DNA of 64,000 bases, taken from positions 269,064 to 333,063 of IMG/VR virus record IMGVR_UViG_3300031998_000001; one strand, 5' to 3'. A model generated the notes under the pieces. That model was not told the DNA's origin, ran no database searches, and was given only the letters and a program-made list of their open reading frames with translations. Position numbers and translations under genes: made by a program. This document shows, piece by piece, positions 56,764 through 64,000 of this stretch. The stretch is from a virus. Lineage: Duplodnaviria; Heunggongvirae; Uroviricota; Caudoviricetes. The stretch's first letter is position 1. Each line of letters starts with the position of its first letter.

Positions 56764-57135
56764 ATGGAAAGAAAGCGGGAAGGACTATGGACAAGGAAGG
56801 GAGTGCCGTTCCATACTTGGTACACGCTCAACCGCAACCCGCACGACCTCTGCCCCCCGCCTATGTCGGAGGCGGACTTCGAGAAGTTCCTGCTACGCTA
56901 TCTCGAAAAGGACTTCCTCACGACACTATCCCTGTCCGATGCGCAGACGCGGACGGAACTCCTGTGGACGATACTGTACCACTACTCGCCAGAGTTCAGG
57001 GAGGAATGGGAGGACACCAGAAGGAGAAGAAGGCAGGTCAACAAGCCGAAATGGGAAAGGAAGTTAAACATATTCACATATAAACTAAAAAGGAAAGCAA
57101 ATGGAGCATTCAAGAAATTTCAAGGAAAGGAATGA
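56764..57135 (+). CDS. Hypothetical protein
   Basis: 123-aa ORF in an operon. Confidence 0.65.
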   Translation: MERKREGLWTRKGVPFHTWYTLNRNPHDLCPPPMSEADFEKFLLRYLEKDFLTTLSLSDAQTRTELLWTILYHYSPEFREEWEDTRRRRRQVNKPKWERKLNIFTYKLKRKANGAFKKFQGKE

Positions 57136-57364
57136 TGTCCGCGTAGTATCAATAGAAAGGGCGGGAAGCGGATACCCGCTCGGTGACTGGCTCTATGATG
57201 TCGTGGTCGATGCCTACGGGGAAATAGAGGAACACAACGGAGTGGTGGCGAACAGGGACTTCAGGAGTTTCAAGGACTCGCTCATAAGGAGGATGAACAG
57301 GCTGAACATAGACAACGAGGCGGAAACGGAGGAAATGTTCAGGGAAGCCAACTATATGGGATAG
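57101..57364 (+). CDS. Hypothetical protein
   Basis: 87-aa ORF. Confidence 0.55.
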   Translation: MEHSRNFKERNDVRVVSIERAGSGYPLGDWLYDVVVDAYGEIEEHNGVVANRDFRSFKDSLIRRMNRLNIDNEAETEEMFREANYMG

Positions 57365-57411
57365 CACTCTCCGTATAAATAAGATGTTAGTAACTTTTAA
57401 ATCTAATTGAT

Positions 57412-57633
57412 ATGAACCTGAAAGATGCAATAAGCGTAGTGGAACAGGCACTCGAAATCGCACGCAAGGCTGGGGTATATACATTCGCGGACAGCGCGAT
57501 GATATATTCGGCACTCGGCACTCTCTCACAACTCAAGGAAGCGCAGGCGCAGGCGGAGGCGGGAAAGTCGGAACAGCCGAAACCAGAAGAGCCGAAGGGC
57601 GAGGAAGCACCGAAGAAAAGGAACGAAAAATAG
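57412..57633 (+). CDS. Hypothetical protein
   Basis: 73-aa ORF between TATAAATA and a terminator. Confidence 0.7.
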   Translation: MNLKDAISVVEQALEIARKAGVYTFADSAMIYSALGTLSQLKEAQAQAEAGKSEQPKPEEPKGEEAPKKRNEK

Positions 57634-57653
57634 TCGGGTGCGTGCCAGATGAC

Positions 57654-57682
57654 AAAAAAAGGCGGGCAAGACTCGCCTTTTT
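57654..57682 (+). terminator. Rho-independent terminator
   Basis: AAAAAGGCGGG...CTCGCCTTTTT. Confidence 0.7.
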
Positions 57683-57693
57683 GCACATATAAT

Positions 57694-57724
57694 CTGAAAT
57701 AAAATATTTTTTCCTATATATTGG
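57694..57724 (+). promoter_or_regulatory. Class A promoter
   Basis: CTGAAAT-N14-TATATATTGG. Confidence 0.75.
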
Positions 57725-57742
57725 TTATAAATAACATCTACA

Positions 57743-58327
57743 ATGGAAAAGCAAAAACTTATATTCAGGCTGCACATCCCGTTCTGGAACGAGGACGACC
57801 ATCCGTTCACGATAATCGGAAAGGACGCGGAAGAAACTCTCCCCTTTGTAACTGGCTATGTTGACGGTTCACAGGAGATAATATGGAACATAGACATCGA
57901 GACTGGCAAGGTCTTGGAATGGAACGGCAACGCCGTCTATGTGTTCGACAAACTCCGCGACAACGGGACATACGAACTCGTGATAGGCGATGATGTCGTA
58001 AGGACGCTTATGAACTATGTGCCAGACTTCTGCTGTATCGGCGAGAACGGCTATGGCGACTACATAAAACTCGATGTCGATGCCGACGGTTGCATACGCG
58101 GATGGAACAACAAGTTGAAGGACGAGTGCCTTACATTCTTCAACGCCATAACCCTCGATACGCTTGCAAGGGCTGGCGGGCTTGACGGGTGGTACGCGAT
58201 GAACTACGACCCGCACGAGGAAGGCAGGCAGTTGATAAGACCGAACCTGTTGCTCATATCGGATGACGGACAGTACAAGTGCTTGGGCGATGTAGTTGAA
58301 AACTTCTTGAAGGGGGGACGGAAATGA
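57743..58327 (+). CDS. Hypothetical protein, domain paralogous to 26893-27660
   Basis: WNIDIETG...YVPDF...YGDYI...IRGW. Confidence 0.7.
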   Translation: MEKQKLIFRLHIPFWNEDDHPFTIIGKDAEETLPFVTGYVDGSQEIIWNIDIETGKVLEWNGNAVYVFDKLRDNGTYELVIGDDVVRTLMNYVPDFCCIGENGYGDYIKLDVDADGCIRGWNNKLKDECLTFFNAITLDTLARAGGLDGWYAMNYDPHEEGRQLIRPNLLLISDDGQYKCLGDVVENFLKGGRK

Positions 58328-58773
58328 TTATCTGCGGTTATCAGGGAATAGGCAAGTCAACCGTTGCGGGGCAACTATATACGATTGACCTCGAAAGCAG
58401 CAACTTCTACATTGACGGGGAGAGGGACGAGAACTGGTACAAGGTCTATGCGAACTTTGCACGGCACTTGTCCGAGCAGGGCTACATTGTGTTCACGGCA
58501 AGCCACAAGTTGTTCCGCGAATATATGAACTTACAGGGCATAGAGTTCGTGACCGTATCTCCCGCGCTCGAACTGAAGGACGAGTGGGTGGAGAAGTTGA
58601 ACCAGCGTTACCTTGCCGACAGGACGGAGAAGAACTATCGGGCGTATATGAACGCGAAGATAAGTTACGAGGACAATATAAGGGACTTGCAGTCGGAAAA
58701 GAACGCCTACATCATAAATAGTATGGACTATAAGATGTACGATGTCATTCGTGAAATCAGCGAAAGGTTTTAA
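58324..58773 (+). CDS. Small P-loop NTPase/kinase
   Basis: N-terminal IICGYQGIGKST, DLESS. Confidence 0.8.
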   Translation: MIICGYQGIGKSTVAGQLYTIDLESSNFYIDGERDENWYKVYANFARHLSEQGYIVFTASHKLFREYMNLQGIEFVTVSPALELKDEWVEKLNQRYLADRTEKNYRAYMNAKISYEDNIRDLQSEKNAYIINSMDYKMYDVIREISERF

Positions 58774-58829
58774 CTTATGTTTGTCGGAATAGCCATATTG
58801 TGCGCTGAAGATATTAAAATTGAATAGGA

Positions 58830-59213
58830 GTGGTACATATTAAAAGGATAAATGAAATGAACGGAATTGCAAACTTAACGGAAAGGCACAAGGAAATATA
58901 TTGCATATTGTCATCACTCGCGAAGCGAGTCGGGGACTGCCAGTTTTGCGTGTTTCCGATGGACGACCCCGACTTCACGGAAGTTGAAGACGGCACGCTT
59001 TTCATAAGCGTTGGCGGCGGTCATAACGGCGGAAGCGCGGTCGGAGGTTTCAAGGAAAACTGGGAGGAGTATTTCGATACGCTTTCAAAGTTTGTCCGTA
59101 TGGCGAGCGATAGCGGATTGCGGCTATGGATGGTCGATGCAAGCAATGACTGCCTTGACGATATGTTTACCGTTCGGTTCGGTGTTGGTGATAAAAATAG
59201 AAAGGAGCGATAA
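58830..59213 (+). CDS. Hypothetical protein with MVHIKRINEM tag
   Basis: Shared N-terminal motif. Confidence 0.65.
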   Translation: MVHIKRINEMNGIANLTERHKEIYCILSSLAKRVGDCQFCVFPMDDPDFTEVEDGTLFISVGGGHNGGSAVGGFKENWEEYFDTLSKFVRMASDSGLRLWMVDASNDCLDDMFTVRFGVGDKNRKER

Positions 59214-59214
59214 A

Positions 59215-59808
59215 ATGCACGAATGGGGCGACCAGTGGTTCAAGGAGCACGGAGACCACCTTTACAGCGCGATTGACGCTTTGGAAAAACGCATACGCAA
59301 GTGGGCGTTGATGCCAGTATGCGGGAAGGAGAAATACGGAACCTACAGGGACGAATTTCTTTCGTTCTGGGACGGAAGCATCGGTTCGCTTTTCTGCGGT
59401 TACAGGATATGGTGGGGTGCTAACTGGTGGACGAAACTGTGGTTCAAGTTAGACCACTATCTCATCCCGTACAGGAAGTCGCAGTTCGGCTGGCTTCGCG
59501 GAGGCATTGCCGACTTCAACAGGCTCATAGGGCTTGTTCGCCTTGTCAACTGGTGGCAGGCTCGAAGGCTCAACAAGGCGTTCCAAGTGACCTGCAAGGA
59601 GTACCCCGATGTGATTGACGAACTCGTAATGGACACGGACTGCTACAGGTGCATAAAGCCGTGCCGTTGGGGTGATGTTGACGGGGAGGCGATACACCGC
59701 AAGTATTGGATACCCCTGAAGCCGAAGACCGAAACGGTAACTTTCGAGTGCAGTGGCGTTACTTGCACTGCGCAGGTCGAAGTTGAACAAGATGATGAAA
59801 CTAACTAA
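59215..59808 (+). CDS. Hypothetical protein
   Basis: ORF 59011..59808; ATG 59215 just after the previous stop; KEKYGT.R motif. Confidence 0.65.
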   Translation: MHEWGDQWFKEHGDHLYSAIDALEKRIRKWALMPVCGKEKYGTYRDEFLSFWDGSIGSLFCGYRIWWGANWWTKLWFKLDHYLIPYRKSQFGWLRGGIADFNRLIGLVRLVNWWQARRLNKAFQVTCKEYPDVIDELVMDTDCYRCIKPCRWGDVDGEAIHRKYWIPLKPKTETVTFECSGVTCTAQVEVEQDDETN

Positions 59809-59820
59809 CCAAATAGTTAA

Positions 59821-60432
59821 ATGAGCGAAAAGAAATTTTATGCAGGGGTTGTCGATATATTCGACAAGGACATCAACGGCAACCCAGAGAAAAGTTGCGA
59901 AATGGTTATCAGCGATACTGTTCCTGAAATAACGCACGATTCGTGGTTCTTCCGCTATTATGCGAATTTTCATAAGTACGAAACACTCGATGTGTCGTCA
60001 CAGAATGAACTTATGAACGAAAGAAGAATAGATTGTTTCTGGAATATGCTCCTCAAACGGCTCGAAAAGGAAAGCACCAATGAGATTGTCGGCGATGTAT
60101 ATGAACTGGGTGAGGAGACCTTGGAAAAAATGAAAGCGATACGCGACGATGCGGAACGCGAAATGACAGCCATCAGGAATGAAATTGTGGCGTTGTCCAG
60201 AAAGCACCTTGAAATTGCGTGCAACGCCAACGGTCGGATGCGCGAACTTCTCGAAAAGGACGGTAGGGTTGTAGATGGCAGAGAACTCGTCGAAATGACG
60301 GGCGAGGTCGCGCTATTGGAGCATAGCGCAGTGGCTAATCCGAAAGTCCGTGACCTTTTTGGTCTCAAGGAACTTTGGTGGGGCAAACCGCAAAACGGCA
60401 ATTCCGATGAAAAGCAGGACAAAAACGAGTAG
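59821..60432 (+). CDS. Hypothetical protein
   Basis: 203-aa ORF. Confidence 0.65.
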   Translation: MSEKKFYAGVVDIFDKDINGNPEKSCEMVISDTVPEITHDSWFFRYYANFHKYETLDVSSQNELMNERRIDCFWNMLLKRLEKESTNEIVGDVYELGEETLEKMKAIRDDAEREMTAIRNEIVALSRKHLEIACNANGRMRELLEKDGRVVDGRELVEMTGEVALLEHSAVANPKVRDLFGLKELWWGKPQNGNSDEKQDKNE

Positions 60433-60434
60433 TT

Positions 60435-60944
60435 ATGCCAGCGACAATACTTGACGGGAACAGATACTTGGAGATGGAAGACGCATTGTTCAATATGTAC
60501 AATGCGATTTCCAGCCTGCGCAGGCTCGTGATACTCTGCGAGCGCGAAGGCGAGATAACATACACGGACGAGGGGCGGGGTCTGTACTCGAACCTGAACG
60601 ACCTGCAACGGGCATACCTGCACTTCGAGGAAGGGGGCATAAGGCACATATTCTCCGAAGCGGAGATAACCGCGACACCGAGAGGCGAAAATCCTATGCT
60701 CGACCAACTCATAGACGAGTATTACGAAAGGCACGGCAAGCGGATTTCCTGCGGTGAAGCCGAAGGTGTGTACGAGGGCATAGGCGAGGACTATATGGAC
60801 TTCTACAGAATATTGCGCACGGACACTGGCGATGAAGTCTGGTGCAGGCTGTGCGAGGAAATGAAAGTGATTGGCAACGAAAACGATAAAGGCGATGGCA
60901 ACAAAAAAGAACAACGGGACGCTGACACAGAAGGAGGCTTCTGA
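60435..60944 (+). CDS. Hypothetical protein
   Basis: 169-aa ORF. Confidence 0.65.
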   Translation: MPATILDGNRYLEMEDALFNMYNAISSLRRLVILCEREGEITYTDEGRGLYSNLNDLQRAYLHFEEGGIRHIFSEAEITATPRGENPMLDQLIDEYYERHGKRISCGEAEGVYEGIGEDYMDFYRILRTDTGDEVWCRLCEEMKVIGNENDKGDGNKKEQRDADTEGGF

Positions 60945-61383
60945 AAGGGCGTACAGGAACAACAGGAAGTACAAGGGCGAAGGTGATGAACTCGCACGGG
61001 CTATGTTCGTAAGCGGTATCCGCTACGAGCATTCAAGGCGCACGGACAAGGAAGCGTGGAAGGCAAAACTAAACAAAGTAATCGGGTTGCAGAAGGAGGC
61101 GGACAACTTCATAGACAAGTGCCACGATGCTGGCATAGACCTGTTCGAGACGACGCTCTACGAGAACTTCTCGAAGATGACGGACGACTACATTATGGAA
61201 CTCTGCGGGGGCGACAAGGAACTCTTCGACGATGTGCAGTGGTACATATTCGAGTACCTCCCGCACCTTGAGGAGAACGATGCCGAGCCGTGCAAGGAAA
61301 ACGCAATGGCGCACGATGGGGACGACAACCCGATACTTTATGATATGGACTCGCTCGCGGAGTGGATACTCGCGGGAGCATAA
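60895..61383 (+). CDS. Hypothetical protein
   Basis: ORF 60871..61383. Confidence 0.65.
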   Translation: MATKKNNGTLTQKEASERAYRNNRKYKGEGDELARAMFVSGIRYEHSRRTDKEAWKAKLNKVIGLQKEADNFIDKCHDAGIDLFETTLYENFSKMTDDYIMELCGGDKELFDDVQWYIFEYLPHLEENDAEPCKENAMAHDGDDNPILYDMDSLAEWILAGA

Positions 61384-61394
61384 GGCGCAATGAT

Positions 61395-61682
61395 ATGGAA
61401 AAGAAACTGCTCACGGAGGAAATGTTGCTGAAGGGCGGGTTCGTCTTGCAGGAAGGCTTGGACTTCCCGTTCGACTTCACACCGCTCTATGAGCACCCCG
61501 ACACGAAGGTATATGCGATAAACTCGATGTGCGGGAACGACGGCTCGGAGGACGAACCAGTGTGGCTGTGGGGCTTCAACGACAACGGCAAGCCAGAGGG
61601 CGAGGGGACTACGCTTGACGAGTTCAACGGATTTCTTTCGGAGAACGGATGCGAAACATTAAAAACATCAGGGGAGGAATAG
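61395..61682 (+). CDS. Hypothetical protein
   Basis: ORF 61362..61682. Confidence 0.6.
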   Translation: MEKKLLTEEMLLKGGFVLQEGLDFPFDFTPLYEHPDTKVYAINSMCGNDGSEDEPVWLWGFNDNGKPEGEGTTLDEFNGFLSENGCETLKTSGEE

Positions 61683-61899
61683 ATATGCCGATAGTACCGA
61701 GTATGAAAGATATGGGCTTCGACATTCAGCCGACCATAATATATGAGAAAGTCGGAGAGGTATGCGTGGGGAGAAAGAGACGGAAGAAAGCGCACGGCGC
61801 GGAAGCCGATACTCTTGGAAAAGAAAAGCCCGATAGGAATGAATAATAAAAAAAAAGGAACTCAACGCTCCTTTTTTTATTATTCTTATGGATGCTCCG

Positions 61900-62610
61900 T
61901 TATTCTACCTCATAACAAGAATCATTATAGAAATCATTCAATTCGTCTCCTTTTTCTCTTACCATATCAGAAATTTCATTAAAATCATTTTTGAAATCAC
62001 CAATCATCTTATTTTTGTCCGAAGGATTTAGCAAATCGCACCCATTCACCAATTTGGTATAAGTTTCTATTGCTTTTGCCACTTCATCTTTATCTAATTC
62101 AAAATCTATGATATTCCCATCTTTGTCAATAGTTGACCAACCAGTAATACGAAAATTACATCTTACCTCTCTAACCTTGATGATGTTTTCGTCATTATAT
62201 TCTGGATTATGACGAGTAATCTTATTATATGAAAAATATCCATTGTATTTTTTATGACTCTGCAAATCAAACTTATAATAATCAGGAAACGAATATGCGT
62301 TTGGTTTGGTATGACTCCATCCAGTTATACGATTTTCTTGAACAAATTTGTCAAGATAGTTGTTAAAATCAATTATTAGATTCTCATTTTTCGCTATCTT
62401 GTTTGATACGGTCGGTCTTGACATAAACCACCACCACAAGTCCATTTCATATTCAAAGGCGTGGTCGCCCGACGACCATTTATCTAATTCTTCGTGTTCA
62501 GCGGGTTCATAATAGTCATCTTTCCAATCATTATAATGGTCACCATCAAATTCATATCCGTGTGATTCTACGATATGTAAATATTCATCAAATTTCATTA
62601 TATGTGACAT
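61900..62610 (-). CDS. AT-rich hypothetical protein with MSHIMKFDEY tag
   Basis: 236-aa ORF; minus-strand TATAAATA at 62639-62646. Confidence 0.7.
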   Translation of the reverse strand: MSHIMKFDEYLHIVESHGYEFDGDHYNDWKDDYYEPAEHEELDKWSSGDHAFEYEMDLWWWFMSRPTVSNKIAKNENLIIDFNNYLDKFVQENRITGWSHTKPNAYSFPDYYKFDLQSHKKYNGYFSYNKITRHNPEYNDENIIKVREVRCNFRITGWSTIDKDGNIIDFELDKDEVAKAIETYTKLVNGCDLLNPSDKNKMIGDFKNDFNEISDMVREKGDELNDFYNDSCYEVE

Positions 62611-62765
62611 AGTTTCAAAATTTATATTATTCTACTATTATTTATATTTTGTGCTTCCGCTGGGATTTGCTACCTTTGCCGATGAAAAGACGGAAGCCGA
62701 TACTGCGGACGCACCGAAAGGCAGTTCGGTGGAAATATAAATAAGTTAGTATATAACTTATCGAA

Positions 62766-63119
62766 ATGGTACACATTAGAAGAATTGATGAAATGGCTTC
62801 CCAGACACCAAAGGCAAGCGAAGTATATGATAAGGTCGTAAAAGGATGTAGTCCCTTTGAACTTTATGCAGAAAAAAATACCGATAAAAAACGAGGAAAG
62901 ATAATATTCAGACATAAATTTAGTAACGGTCACGAAACCGTTGAACTGTATTTTAGTAAAGAAACGGACGACATATATAGTTGTGTAATGTATAAGGATA
63001 TTAAAGGTCTTATGATACAACATTTTAGTAATGCAAAAACAATAAAGGACATAGATACCAAAACTTCTGATGAAGTTGCAACCGAAATAATCTACTACAT
63101 TAAAAGAGGATACTGCTAA
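62766..63119 (+). CDS. Hypothetical protein with MVHIRRIDEM tag
   Basis: ORF after TATAAATA 62736. Confidence 0.7.
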   Translation: MVHIRRIDEMASQTPKASEVYDKVVKGCSPFELYAEKNTDKKRGKIIFRHKFSNGHETVELYFSKETDDIYSCVMYKDIKGLMIQHFSNAKTIKDIDTKTSDEVATEIIYYIKRGYC

Positions 63120-63141
63120 CAATTAACAACCAAAGCATATT

Positions 63142-63651
63142 ATGTCATCAAATTCAAACTACGGAATTATCCACAAGACGGACATCGTGAAGTTCCAGAG
63201 GCAGTGCCTTGCACCGTTGAGGGACGAAAAGATAGGCGAGACGCTCGAACGGGCGGCTGAACGCTATATGAAGATAAGGGCGGACATCATACTGCTCGAA
63301 GCCGAGAAGAAGGCAATAGTCTCCCATATACGCTCGTTCGAGGACTGGGAGTATTTCCTTGATGCCTTCTCGGACACCTACCAGCCAGATGTGCCATACG
63401 AGAAGTTCAACTCCGTGTCGGTGTATTCGGTCAGGGACGAGGGAGGCTACGGCAAGGATATGGTGTGCCTCGAATATGACGAGCGCGGTTGCGGGGCAAC
63501 CAAGTCGGCAAAGTGCGTGACCTTCGGGTGCTGTGCCTTTAAAGACCTGCTCGACATAGAAAGCATCATCGCCGAGCGCAAGCGGTACTATGAAACGGAC
63601 GACGGCGGAACGGACTGCTGTCGGACAATCTATTGCGGTGCGGAGGCATAA
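63142..63651 (+). CDS. Hypothetical protein
   Basis: 169-aa ORF. Confidence 0.65.
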   Translation: MSSNSNYGIIHKTDIVKFQRQCLAPLRDEKIGETLERAAERYMKIRADIILLEAEKKAIVSHIRSFEDWEYFLDAFSDTYQPDVPYEKFNSVSVYSVRDEGGYGKDMVCLEYDERGCGATKSAKCVTFGCCAFKDLLDIESIIAERKRYYETDDGGTDCCRTIYCGAEA

Positions 63652-63656
63652 AATAC

Positions 63657-63683
63657 AAAGGCGGTGTAACAACCGCCTTTTTT
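63657..63683. terminator. Bidirectional terminator
   Basis: AAAGGCGGT...ACCGCCTTTTTT between convergent genes. Confidence 0.75.
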
Positions 63684-63703
63684 AATATATAGCCTATTTA
63701 TAA

Positions 63704-64000
63704 CTATCTTCTCTCGAACACTATGCTCATACCGAAGCAGTAGTTCTTTTTCTTCTTTATGTTATAGACAAGTTTGGTGTTAAGCCCGCCCGAAGCATAT
63801 ACGCCCTTCGTAACATCGTCCGTGATGCGAAGCCCGTCCGTGTACTTGCCCGTGTCGTCCACCCCGAAGTACGAGTAGTCCTGAACTGGCGAGTATGCCG
63901 AAGCGTCCTTCACCCAGAGCGAGATGTCCTTTATCCTGTAGAGTTTTAGGAGGTTCTCGTTTATGTAGGCATCTATGTCGTCGTCTATCGTCTCCTTGTC
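63704..64000 (-). CDS. C-terminal end of a gene starting beyond the window
   Basis: Frame open from the window edge (DKETIDDDIDAYINENLLKLY...) to the stop at 63704. Confidence 0.7.
   Translation of the reverse strand, partial: DKETIDDDIDAYINENLLKLYRIKDISLWVKDASAYSPVQDYSYFGVDDTGKYTDGLRITDDVTKGVYASGGLNTKLVYNIKKKKNYCFGMSIVFERR

Noticed and set aside
1-64000. Stop-codon reassignment (TAG to Gln) as in some gut jumbo phages
   Set aside because: Conserved genes are full length in the standard code, several end in TAG (e.g. 5332, 16050, 46186), and no CTA-anticodon tRNA with U33 is present.

Overview
A 64-kb segment of a large T4-like (jumbo) phage genome in the standard genetic code, most likely infecting a gut Bacteroidota host (T9SS-cargo-like gene, GTTGT...ACAAC-type repeats). 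It carries replication genes (a three-piece family-B DNA polymerase with a split intein, a gp41-like helicase C-half behind a split-intein fragment, UvsW, UvsY, resolvase), up to six DNA methyltransferase-like genes, baseplate/structural genes, host-takeover genes (sigma factor, bS1-like, GroES-like, ClpB/C-like) and two promoter classes. The centre (36.7-46.2 kb) is an RNA-dense island. It has 14 canonical tRNAs (only C34/G34 anticodons), several tRNA-like RNAs with rebuilt anticodon arms and two CRISPR arrays with a Cas-lambda-type effector but no cas1/cas2. It also has three orphan TnpB omegaRNA-like scaffolds and three copies of an apparently unannotated pseudoknot RNA with a predicted triple-helix clamp and a variable loop. 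All calls are by eye from the sequence and ORF track; no searches or folding programs were run.
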